A stretch of 64,000 nucleotides of DNA from an uncultured Planctomycetia bacterium. Its GTDB lineage: Bacteria > Omnitrophota > Gorgyraeia > 2-01-FULL-45-10 > JAHFGN01. The notes under the pieces were generated by a model that saw only the letters and a list, made by a program, of their open reading frames with translations, had not been told where the DNA came from and made no database searches. The DNA is taken from positions 12,414 through 76,413 of the forward strand of contig CAYHAE010000005.1 of the NCBI GenBank assembly GCA_964354545.1. The letters run 5' to 3'. Shown here piece after piece: positions 49,723 to 58,772 of the stretch (position 1 is its first letter; the number at the start of each line of letters is the position of its first letter). Both the position numbers and the translations under genes were made by a program.

Positions 49723-50673
49723 ATGCCGAATAAGGGTCCGAATATTTCTGTGGTCTTTCCCGTGTACAATGAAGAAGGAAACCTGCACGTTCTCTACCAG
49801 AGGGTAAAGGAGGCGTGCGCCAAGTCAGGCGTGGATTATGAGATGGTATTTGTTGATAATGGAAGTACCGATCGTTCTTTGGACGTGATCAAGGGATTAA
49901 GGAATCACGATAGCAAGGTGCGGTTCATGTCCCTCTCCCGCAATTTCGGCCACCAGAATGCCCTTTTTGCGGGCATGTCGCACGCTACCGGCGACGCGGT
50001 CATCACCATGGACGCCGACCTGCAGCATCCGCCGTCCCTGATACCTGCGATGGTCGATGCGTGGAAGAAGGGCGCCGAGGTCGTATATACGATAAAAGAG
50101 GATTACCGCCTCGCGCTCAAGAAGCACTTCCTGATCAAGTCTTTCTACTGGCTCATGTCGAGGATATCGGGCGTACAGTTGTCGTTCGGTCAGTCCGACT
50201 TCAGGCTTCTCGATAGACGAGCGCTTGAGGCCGTTATCAGGATACCGGAATATCATAAGTTCCTGCGGGGGCAGGTGAGCTGGATCGGTTTTCGGCAGCA
50301 GGGTATATCGTATAACGTAGAGAAGCGCTTGAGCGGAGAATCGAAATTTTCGTACAGGAACCTCTTTTCATTTGCCCTGGACGGGATATTCGCATTCTCC
50401 AGATATCCGCTTCACCTGATAATGCTCGCGGGGCTCGTCATATCCTCGGTTTCCGCTCTTTATATAATGTGTGTACTGCTTGTATGGGCCCTCAAGGCCC
50501 TCGGTATCGAAATGAGCGTGCCGCTGCCGCCGGGGTGGGTCGCGCTCGTGGTCTCGATTTATTTCCTCGGAAGCATTCAGCTTATCGCGATCGGCATTTT
50601 AGGCGAATATATCGGGCGCATCTACGACCAGACCAAGGGGCGCCCGGTCTTCATCGTGAGGGAGATGTCGTAG
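49723..50673 (+). CDS. Polyprenol-phosphate glycosyltransferase (GtrB/ArnC-like GT2)
   Basis: PVYNEE, LSRNFGHQ, MDADLQHPP, two C-terminal TMs, GEYIGRIY...RP. Confidence 0.88.
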   Translation: MPNKGPNISVVFPVYNEEGNLHVLYQRVKEACAKSGVDYEMVFVDNGSTDRSLDVIKGLRNHDSKVRFMSLSRNFGHQNALFAGMSHATGDAVITMDADLQHPPSLIPAMVDAWKKGAEVVYTIKEDYRLALKKHFLIKSFYWLMSRISGVQLSFGQSDFRLLDRRALEAVIRIPEYHKFLRGQVSWIGFRQQGISYNVEKRLSGESKFSYRNLFSFALDGIFAFSRYPLHLIMLAGLVISSVSALYIMCVLLVWALKALGIEMSVPLPPGWVALVVSIYFLGSIQLIAIGILGEYIGRIYDQTKGRPVFIVREMS

Positions 50674-50687
50674 AAAGAGGAGTGCGC

Positions 50688-51395
50688 ATGGTAAAAGTCG
50701 TTATCCTGTGCGGAGGCCGCGGCCATCGGCTCAAGCCGCTGACGTCAAAGGTGCCGAAACCGCTCGTGACATTGAACGGCAAACCTGTCATCCGGCATAT
50801 CATAGAGTTTTATATACGCAAGGGCTTTCGCCATTTCGTCCTCTGCGTGGGATACCGCGCCGATGCCATCAGGCGGTTCGTCGCCGCCCATTCGTTCGAT
50901 GCCGAGATCGAGATCTCCGACGCAGGTCCGGATGCGGGCATACTCAAGCGCCTGTACCTCGCGCGCCATCTTATCGCCGGGAAGGCCATCGTAACATACG
51001 GAGATACCTTCATCGATATCGCCCCGCATCGCATGCTACGAGAGCATGAGAAGGCAGGGTCCCTCGCGACCATCACCATTGCGGACATACGAAGCCCGTT
51101 CGGGCTCGTGCAGTGCAGAGGCAAGAGCGGCGTGACCTCATTTGAAGAGAAACCCCTGCTCCAATACTATATAGGCCATATGATACTGGAGGCCGCGGCG
51201 CTCGATAGCCTCGACCGTGACCTCATATCGATGCCGGACGGCGAAGGGCTCGTGCAGCTCTTCAAGCGATTGATCAAGAAGAAGAGGCTGAATGCGTATA
51301 AGCACTCGGGGCTCAGGATCACGTTCAACACGCCGCTTGAACATCAGAAGGCGGAGGAAGAGTTCGTACAATTCTTTACAGAACAGGAAGGGTGA
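50688..51395 (+). CDS. Sugar-1-phosphate nucleotidyltransferase
   Basis: ILCGGRGHRLKPLT..PKPL, TYGDT, FEEKP; RBS AGAGGAG. Confidence 0.82.
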   Translation: MVKVVILCGGRGHRLKPLTSKVPKPLVTLNGKPVIRHIIEFYIRKGFRHFVLCVGYRADAIRRFVAAHSFDAEIEISDAGPDAGILKRLYLARHLIAGKAIVTYGDTFIDIAPHRMLREHEKAGSLATITIADIRSPFGLVQCRGKSGVTSFEEKPLLQYYIGHMILEAAALDSLDRDLISMPDGEGLVQLFKRLIKKKRLNAYKHSGLRITFNTPLEHQKAEEEFVQFFTEQEG

Positions 51396-51397
51396 CG

Positions 51398-52384
51398 ATG
51401 GAGAATCTTAAAGGAAAGAAGGTCCTTGTGACAGGCGGGAGCGGTTTCATCGCCTCACACCTCTCGAGACGGCTGGTGCAGGAGGGCGCGCACGTGTTTG
51501 TCCTCACCCGCTATAACAGTATCATAGACAATGTGCGCCTCACCGACATATGGGATGAGATAGTCCCGGTCGAGGCAGACCTGCGCAACCTCGACGCACT
51601 CGAGAAGATACGGTCCTTCGCGCCGGAGATCGTCTACCATTTTGCGGCCTATAACCATGTAGGAGACAGCTTTTCGAATGTCTCTGAGGCGATCGACGTA
51701 AATTGCAAAGGCACCGTGAATCTCCTGGATGCCTATGAAGATTATAAAAAGTTCGTATACATCTCTTCTTCGGAGATCTACGGATTCCAGAATGCTGTCC
51801 CGTTTGCCGAGGATGCAGCCCCATTTCCGATCTCGCCTTATGCGGTCGGGAAGTATGCCGGCGAGCTCTATGCGCGGATGAAGTGGAAGGTCTTCAACAA
51901 ACCCATCGCGGTCCTGAGGCCGTTCAACGCCTTCGGGCCTTTCCAGAGCCCCCGCGCCGTTATCGCGGAGCTCATCATCAAATGTCTCAACGGTGAGGAC
52001 GTGGTCACGACCAAGGGCGTACAGACGAGGGATTTTAATTATATCGAAAACCTGGTCGACGGTTTTATCCGGGCCGGCACGAATGACGATGCCGTAGGCG
52101 AGATCATCAATATAGGGTCAGGCGTGGAGATATCCATCGCAGATCTTGTAAAGAAGATCCATCTGCTCACGGATTCGAAGTCGAGGTTGCGGATAGGAGA
52201 ATTGCAGTATCGGCCTACTGAGATCTGGCGCATGGCAGCCGACAACAGGAAGGCGTCGAAGATCTTCGGGTGGTCGCCGCGAATCGACCTGGAGAAGGGA
52301 TTGATAAAGACGATCGAGTGGTACCGGAAATTTAACGCTCTCTTCGCCGATGCCGCCTCGACGCTCTACGAGTTGTGCGAATGA
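51398..52384 (+). CDS. NAD-dependent epimerase/dehydratase (extended SDR)
   Basis: VTGGSGFIASHL, SSSEIYG, YAVGK, RPFNAFGP, TRDFNY. Confidence 0.85.
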   Translation: MENLKGKKVLVTGGSGFIASHLSRRLVQEGAHVFVLTRYNSIIDNVRLTDIWDEIVPVEADLRNLDALEKIRSFAPEIVYHFAAYNHVGDSFSNVSEAIDVNCKGTVNLLDAYEDYKKFVYISSSEIYGFQNAVPFAEDAAPFPISPYAVGKYAGELYARMKWKVFNKPIAVLRPFNAFGPFQSPRAVIAELIIKCLNGEDVVTTKGVQTRDFNYIENLVDGFIRAGTNDDAVGEIINIGSGVEISIADLVKKIHLLTDSKSRLRIGELQYRPTEIWRMAADNRKASKIFGWSPRIDLEKGLIKTIEWYRKFNALFADAASTLYELCE

Positions 52385-53253
52385 GGAAGGCAGCGGCGCT
52401 TTGCAATAAAACCGTCTTGGTAACCGGAGGTAAGGGCTTTCTCGGCACACATCTGGCGAGCGCTCTCGTGCCGCTCTGCAGGAAGCTCGATTGTTACGGC
52501 GGCGACGTGAGGGATATCTGGCGTTTCGCCAGGCCCTACGATATCGTGTGCCACCTCGCCGCGCTCAATAAGGCGGGCCCCGGTGGCAGTACCGATGCGC
52601 TCTTCGACGTGAATGTGAACGGCACCCTGGCTGTGATGCGCTATTGCGCCACGTCAGGCGCCCGGTGTGTATTCGCGTCTTCATCCGCAGTATACGCCCC
52701 GAGCCCCGTTCGCAGGCCCCTTGGCGAGGGCGCGCGCATTGCGCCCGCATCACCTTACGGGATGAGCAAGATGCTCGCGGAAGATGTGTGCCGGCATTAT
52801 GCTCACGATCATGGCGTTCGGGTAGCGGTGCTCCGTATTTTCAATATCTACGGTAACGGCCAAGAGGAGCCGTTCCTTGTTCCGTATGCGATGCGGCAGT
52901 TATCGCAGGGCAAACCGGTCGTCCTGAAGACACCGGAGGCAGTGAGGGACTTTATACACGTCAGGGACGTGGCGAGGGCATACATTGCCGCATGCCGGCA
53001 TGAGCATAAAGGGTTCAGGGTGTTCAATGTGGGGACCGGCCGCGGCATGCGTGTGGCGGATATGGTCGAACAGATCGCCCTCGCGCTGAGCGCGAACCCC
53101 CGGAAGGCAATAAGGCGCGAGCGGCACGATAAAAAGGAGGATTTTGTGATCGCAGAGCCGCGTCTCATCCGGAAGGTCCTGCGCTGGCACCCCACGCTGT
53201 CAATAGACGATGGCGTTGCGCTTGTGTGCGGCGGAGGGGAAGGGCTCGGATGA
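52381..53253 (+). CDS. NAD-dependent epimerase/reductase (extended SDR)
   Basis: VTGGKGFLG, ASSSAVY, YGMSK, RIFNIYG, RDFIHV. Confidence 0.83.
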   Translation: MRKAAALCNKTVLVTGGKGFLGTHLASALVPLCRKLDCYGGDVRDIWRFARPYDIVCHLAALNKAGPGGSTDALFDVNVNGTLAVMRYCATSGARCVFASSSAVYAPSPVRRPLGEGARIAPASPYGMSKMLAEDVCRHYAHDHGVRVAVLRIFNIYGNGQEEPFLVPYAMRQLSQGKPVVLKTPEAVRDFIHVRDVARAYIAACRHEHKGFRVFNVGTGRGMRVADMVEQIALALSANPRKAIRRERHDKKEDFVIAEPRLIRKVLRWHPTLSIDDGVALVCGGGEGLG

Positions 53254-53255
53254 GG

Positions 53256-53550
53256 ATGAGCGCTCACGCATCTTAAGAGCGAATTGAAGAAACAGATAGA
53301 AGATGCCGTTGGACGGTATAATTCGCTCACCCGCAGCCCCTCGTTCCAATACTGCCTCAGGCGCCGAAAGGACTGCCTCGAGGGGTTATCTCGGGGTATC
53401 GGCGAGGAGAAGACCATGCTGGATCTCGCTGCAGGCACGGGTAGCTATTCCGCAATCCTCGCGAAGCATGGCGACGTGGTAAACATGGATCCATCGTTCA
53501 ATGCCGTAAACCTATGCATGCCGATCCGAATTCTTCAAAAATCACAGTAA
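53256..53550 (+). pseudogene. Truncated class I methyltransferase remnant
   Basis: MLDLAAGTGSYS motif I, ORF ends about 45 codons later; ATG at 53256 is out of frame with the body and stops after six codons. Confidence 0.6.
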
Positions 53551-54584
53551 TTGTTCCTGTCCATAACGCCGCGGGCACATTGCGACAATGTGTGCACGCA
53601 TTGAAGGAGCAAACGGATTCAAACTATGAAGTGATAGTTGTGGATGATCATAGTAATGATGATTCTCCCCACATCTGTAAGGAATCGGGTTTTAAAGTAT
53701 TAAGGCTTGCCGTGAATAAGGGACAGGCGGTGGCCAGGAACGCAGGAGTCAAGGAGGCAACCGGACAGATCATTGCATTTGTTGATTCCGATGTAGTGGT
53801 CCCTCCCGATTGGCTTGCACGGTACAGGCAGCTGCTTAATAAATATCAAGATGCGGATATGATCTGCAGCGGTTATAGCGAAAATGTCGGTAATGATAAA
53901 CCGGCGATGTTCGCGTTTTATGAATCCGTATACCGACGGATGAAAATTCCTATGTATATATCTTCAAGCACCTCTTCAAATTGTATCATCTATAAGGAGG
54001 CATTTGACGAGGTTGGCGGTTATCCGGAATATTATATCAAGCCTAAGAAAAATGTGGCTGAACAAAAAGCGGTAGCTACCACAGAAGATTCAGAATTAGG
54101 ATTTTTACTTAGCGTCAAAGGAAAGAAAATAGTATGGAGTCACGACAATCCTGTGCGGCATTATTTTCGAAAAACATGGGGAGGATATATAAAGCAACAA
54201 GCAGGGTTTTCGAGATATGCAGTATTAAGTCTTTTTAAATTTCCCAAGAAAATTTACAGCATACCCATTTATGGCGGGGAAAAGATAACTCCTAATTTGG
54301 CCATTGCATCTGTGATGGTATCGGCATTATTTATCCCATTTTTTGGCGTATCAGCTATATCGGTAGCGTGTTCTGTTATTATAGAGATAGTGTGCATTCT
54401 CTCGGTCTATATTCTGAATAGGGGATTTATCGGTTATCTCAAGGTGAATATGAAAGATTGCTCGTATCCCCAACTGCTTTTTTGGATAGCAGTTTCTCGT
54501 ATAGCCTGGCTCTACGGCGTGATATTAGGCGTAAAGGACGGTTGTGTGATGTGGTGGTATAACCGCACCAAGGGAATAGCGTGA
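53514..54584 (+). CDS. GT2 glycosyltransferase with C-terminal TM segments (AT-rich)
   Basis: VIVPVHN, VDDHSND, ARNAG, FVDSD, TEDSELG. Confidence 0.85.
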   Translation: MHADPNSSKITVIVPVHNAAGTLRQCVHALKEQTDSNYEVIVVDDHSNDDSPHICKESGFKVLRLAVNKGQAVARNAGVKEATGQIIAFVDSDVVVPPDWLARYRQLLNKYQDADMICSGYSENVGNDKPAMFAFYESVYRRMKIPMYISSSTSSNCIIYKEAFDEVGGYPEYYIKPKKNVAEQKAVATTEDSELGFLLSVKGKKIVWSHDNPVRHYFRKTWGGYIKQQAGFSRYAVLSLFKFPKKIYSIPIYGGEKITPNLAIASVMVSALFIPFFGVSAISVACSVIIEIVCILSVYILNRGFIGYLKVNMKDCSYPQLLFWIAVSRIAWLYGVILGVKDGCVMWWYNRTKGIA

Positions 54585-54592
54585 GATAAAAG

Positions 54593-56011
54593 ATGAAGAT
54601 TTTATTGACAACCCCGCCCCAACCGGCATATTCTATTTTACCACATAGATATATGGAGCTGCACAAGTTTCTAAAATGGCTGGGCGGGAATAGGCCAATT
54701 TTAGGCATTCAACCGCCCTATGGCCTTATGTATCTATCGGCATATTTAAAGCGGAGTGGTCACCAGGTATTTGTTGTAGACGGCTTATTGTCTTCGCAGC
54801 AATATATTCTGGAGATGATCAAGAAGGAAAAGATCGATATGGTAGGCATTTCCAGCGTCTCATGGAATTGGAGCGAATCAAAAAAACTGGCGCATGTGCT
54901 GCGCAAGGAATACCCCTATCTGAAATTGGCAGTCGGCGGCGCGCACGTTAACAGCGAGCAAGGAAAGGTCTTGGAAGAATGCCGTTATTTCGACTACGCA
55001 TTTTATGGAGACGGGGAAGAGGTCTTAAGCAGGGTTGTATCGGCGCTATCATCGGGCAAGAAACCAGAGCTTAGCGATGGATTTGCGTTGAGAGAGGGAG
55101 ACAGGGTCATAGTTTCGGAGAAGAAAGCCTTTATCGAAGACATAAGCGGGATGTTACTGCCGGATAGAGAATCGCTGGGTTTTGATAATTATCGGCCTTC
55201 GCCTCTTTCTTATAGGCGAATTCCAGCGACAGCGATGTTTGGTTCGCGAGGCTGCCCCTATACATGCACTTTTTGTCATACCGAAAAGCGTGTGCGTATG
55301 AGAAAGGCCGAGAACCTTATCGAAGAGATCGAGCTGCTTCAAAAGAAATATGGGATTAAAGAGATACTATTTTTTGATGACACATTTACCCTTGACAAGA
55401 AACGCATTTTCGAATTCTGCGAGCTGATAGTCAAGAAGGGGATCGATCTGAGCTGGTGTGCCAGTGTTCGTTCCGATACCGTTGACCCAGAGATGCTCAA
55501 GGCGATGAAAAGGGCGGGGTGCTGGCGACTGCTTATGGGTATTGAAAGTGGCTCGCAGCGCATATTGGATCTGATGAAAAAAAGGACAACGTTGCAGCAG
55601 ATAGAGTGCGCCGTTGATATGATCAATGCCGCAGGAATTCAAGTTTATGGTATGTTTATATTCGGCTTTCCTACGGAAACCTTCGAAGAAGGGCTGGAGA
55701 CCATCAGGTTTATGAAGAAGCTTAAACTTGACTACGCCAGCGTATGCGGGTTGACGCCTTTTCCCGGGACGGAAATATACACGCAAGTAGCTCACGAGCC
55801 CGGCTTCAAGGGTTTTGATTATATGAACATGTTTGATATATCTTATGTGCCTACGACAATGAGAGAGGAGCAGGTGAGGGATCTATTAAAGCGAAGTCTT
55901 CGCGAGTTCTATCTTCGTCCTTCTTATATAGCGCGGCAGATACGCACTATACGTTCCATGGAGGACCTCATGAGGTATGTAAGGGGTTTTATATTGATTT
56001 TTCTTAGGTAA
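54593..56011 (+). CDS. B12-binding-domain radical SAM protein #5 (AT-rich)
   Basis: PPYGLMYLSAYLK, GGAH, SRGCPYTCTFC, FFDDTF, GIESGSQ. Confidence 0.87.
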   Translation: MKILLTTPPQPAYSILPHRYMELHKFLKWLGGNRPILGIQPPYGLMYLSAYLKRSGHQVFVVDGLLSSQQYILEMIKKEKIDMVGISSVSWNWSESKKLAHVLRKEYPYLKLAVGGAHVNSEQGKVLEECRYFDYAFYGDGEEVLSRVVSALSSGKKPELSDGFALREGDRVIVSEKKAFIEDISGMLLPDRESLGFDNYRPSPLSYRRIPATAMFGSRGCPYTCTFCHTEKRVRMRKAENLIEEIELLQKKYGIKEILFFDDTFTLDKKRIFEFCELIVKKGIDLSWCASVRSDTVDPEMLKAMKRAGCWRLLMGIESGSQRILDLMKKRTTLQQIECAVDMINAAGIQVYGMFIFGFPTETFEEGLETIRFMKKLKLDYASVCGLTPFPGTEIYTQVAHEPGFKGFDYMNMFDISYVPTTMREEQVRDLLKRSLREFYLRPSYIARQIRTIRSMEDLMRYVRGFILIFLR

Positions 56012-56066
56012 ATCTTTGCGAGGTATGTGCTCGTGCTCGAGAAATAGCGCAACCGCAGGCATTGTT

Positions 56067-57938
56067 ATGGAACAGAGTATTCACGTCAAACCGATATCGC
56101 TCCTCGTGCTCCTCGGCATGTGTATCGTAAGCGTCTCGTGGCTGCTGCCGACGATAGGCAACAACACGGACGATCCGAACATGATCATCTATTTTAACGG
56201 GGATGAGGGCGGACAGATGGACCTCCTCTGGCATTATTTCAGCGGCGAGAAGAGGGCCAGCTTCCAATGGGATTTCGATTACGGGCTCGAATTGCGCTAT
56301 GCGGCGGATATCATCCGGATCGTGTGCGCGCCCTTTTTCCATTTCACTCCGGGAACGCTCGTCCTCGTGATGAGGTGGTTCCACCTGATCGCCTGGGTCG
56401 GCGCTTTGATCGCGGTGTGGTGTTTTATGGCGTATCACTTCAGGGATCTCTGGCTTGCCGCACTCGCGGTCCTCCTGGTGGGCACGAGGCCCGCATTTTC
56501 CTATTTTGCGGTCAATCTGAAGCCGGAGCCGCTTGTGTTATTGTGTATGATCGCGGGGTTGCATTGTACGTTGCTGATCCTGGAGAAGCCTTCTGTCTTA
56601 AGGGTAGCCGGCGCAGTTGCCATGGCGAGCCTCGCGTTTATCGTGAAATTTGCCGGCGTATTCCTCCTGCCGGCCATTGTCGCCGCCATGTACTTTGCTC
56701 TGCATCCTGTCGCGCATCGCGGAGGCAGGAGCGCTCAGGAAAACTTCCCGCGCGTTAAGAGCGCGTGGGCCCTCCCGTCCGCATGCGGCTCACTACTTAT
56801 CGGGCTTCTCTGCGTGGTCATCATCTTCTATGTGCGCAAATCGACCGGCCATACATGGTATGAGCAGTATGGGTTCTGGGGAAGCCTTGCCAAAAGCGCG
56901 TCTATGCGCTCCTTGTTCCTGGCCGGCCTCGCGCTCGTATGCCTGTCAGGCGCGCTATGGGCCCTGAATAGGCGGGCGAGGGGATCTTTAAGGACGATCG
57001 CGGATTTTGTGGACGCCGTTAATTCATATGCATGCATCGTGTGCGCATTATTTGCGCTCTCGACATTGGCCTTCGGCTTTAGGTGGCTGATCTCTCCGAA
57101 GGATTTCATACTCACGTATTCCCAGATCGCGCCCAATGCTTCAGGGACGCAGGCGTTACAATTGGCGAAGGCCGGCAGCGTCGCGAGCGCGGTCTTACAT
57201 TATATCGTCTCACGCGTTATGGCATGTGACCCGCTCATCCTCGGCCTCTTTTTCTTTTATGCGGTTGTTGAACTGCGCGCATTTGATAAGAATAGGGACA
57301 AGGATCCGGTGCCTCTATTCAAAAGGCTGACGCTCCTCGTTTTTCTTCTACCGTACGCGCTGTTTATGTTTTCCGGATTGCGGCTGGAGCAGCACCATAT
57401 GCTTCCGTTCTTCGTTGCGATGTCCGCGCTCGGCCTGGGAGGCATCAGGATGTGGTTGGACGAATTTCGCGGCCAGGCGGGAATGAGGCGTATCACGGTC
57501 GCATGTGCGGCGCTGGTCCTCAGCCTTGATATAGTCGGCAATGGGACTAGATTGGTACAGGCGAGGGCGCATCAGTTCGAACAGCGGGAGGATGTTGCAT
57601 TTGAGTTTTCGAGATGGTGGCACAAAAATATCCCGCGCGATGCCGTAGTCGTCGCCGATCATTATACCAGGGTCTACATCCCGCCGGAATACAGGAACGT
57701 GACGGCATTTAAGGGGTATCAGGCTGACAGGGCAGAACAGCTGCGCGCGCTTGTCCGCACGCTCAAACCCCGGTTTATCTATTATAACGCGGGCCCTGCG
57801 GGTTCGGAGCCCATGCCTCACGTCGACTGGATGTTGCCGGGGGTGCGGCTGGAACTGGTCAAGGTTTTCCCGAGCGAAGGCCGCCGTTACCAGAGGATAA
57901 CAGGTGACAGGCTTGTCATCTATAAGGTGCTGTATTAA
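56067..57938 (+). CDS. Polytopic membrane protein, probable GT-C glycosyltransferase
   Basis: Many TMs, acidic DE pair (NGDEG) in the first loop, KPEP, KF motif, soluble C-terminal domain. Confidence 0.6.
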   Translation: MEQSIHVKPISLLVLLGMCIVSVSWLLPTIGNNTDDPNMIIYFNGDEGGQMDLLWHYFSGEKRASFQWDFDYGLELRYAADIIRIVCAPFFHFTPGTLVLVMRWFHLIAWVGALIAVWCFMAYHFRDLWLAALAVLLVGTRPAFSYFAVNLKPEPLVLLCMIAGLHCTLLILEKPSVLRVAGAVAMASLAFIVKFAGVFLLPAIVAAMYFALHPVAHRGGRSAQENFPRVKSAWALPSACGSLLIGLLCVVIIFYVRKSTGHTWYEQYGFWGSLAKSASMRSLFLAGLALVCLSGALWALNRRARGSLRTIADFVDAVNSYACIVCALFALSTLAFGFRWLISPKDFILTYSQIAPNASGTQALQLAKAGSVASAVLHYIVSRVMACDPLILGLFFFYAVVELRAFDKNRDKDPVPLFKRLTLLVFLLPYALFMFSGLRLEQHHMLPFFVAMSALGLGGIRMWLDEFRGQAGMRRITVACAALVLSLDIVGNGTRLVQARAHQFEQREDVAFEFSRWWHKNIPRDAVVVADHYTRVYIPPEYRNVTAFKGYQADRAEQLRALVRTLKPRFIYYNAGPAGSEPMPHVDWMLPGVRLELVKVFPSEGRRYQRITGDRLVIYKVLY

Positions 57939-57956
57939 AAAAGAGGGTATCCGACA

Positions 57957-58772
57957 ATGAAACATGCACATGAAAAGAAAGTCAGTATAATGGATGTGGT
58001 GATCCTGTGCGGGGGGATGGGGACACGCCTCAGGGAAGAGACTGAGATAAAACCGAAACCGATGGTCGAGATCGGGGGGAAGCCCATCCTGTGGCACATC
58101 ATGAAATTCTACTCGCACTACGGCTTTAACAAGTTTATCCTTGCCCTCGGATACAAGGGCGAATATATAAAGAAGTATTTTTACGATTACGGGTACCTCT
58201 CGAGCGACCTCACGATCATCCTAGATCCGAAGATACCCCCGAAGGTCCACTCGCTCTCTCGCGAGAACCATTGGGAGATCACCTGTGTTGACACGGGGCT
58301 CGCCACGTTAAAGGGAGGGAGGATCAAGCGGCTCGAGGGATACATAAAGAGCGACACTTTCCACCTCACGTACGGCGATGGCTTGAGCGACGTGGACCTG
58401 ACGAGGCTCATCGCCTTCCACCGGAAGTCGAAGGGGATAGGAACGGTGACCGCGGTCCGGCCGCCTTCACGTTTCGGGGAGATCCTCATCAAGGGCGATC
58501 TCGTGAAGGAGTTCGAGGAGAAACCCCAGCTCACGACCGGGTACATCAACGGAGGTTTCTTTGTGTTCACGAGGAAGCTCCTCGATTACCTTACGCCCGA
58601 CGAGAATTGCGACCTTGAATTCGGCGCACTCCAGCGGCTGTCTCGCGAAGGGCAGCTCTCGGCGTACAGGCATGAGGGCTACTGGCAGTGCATGGATACG
58701 GTGAGGGACACGCAGTACCTCAACAAGCTCTGGGAATCGGGAAATCCGCCCTGGAAGGTGTGGGAGAAATGA
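57957..58772 (+). CDS. rfbF: Glucose-1-phosphate cytidylyltransferase
   Basis: LCGGMGTRLREET..PKPMVEIG, VDTG...GGRIKR, LTYGDG, GYWQCMDT, PPWKVW. Confidence 0.9.
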   Translation: MKHAHEKKVSIMDVVILCGGMGTRLREETEIKPKPMVEIGGKPILWHIMKFYSHYGFNKFILALGYKGEYIKKYFYDYGYLSSDLTIILDPKIPPKVHSLSRENHWEITCVDTGLATLKGGRIKRLEGYIKSDTFHLTYGDGLSDVDLTRLIAFHRKSKGIGTVTAVRPPSRFGEILIKGDLVKEFEEKPQLTTGYINGGFFVFTRKLLDYLTPDENCDLEFGALQRLSREGQLSAYRHEGYWQCMDTVRDTQYLNKLWESGNPPWKVWEK

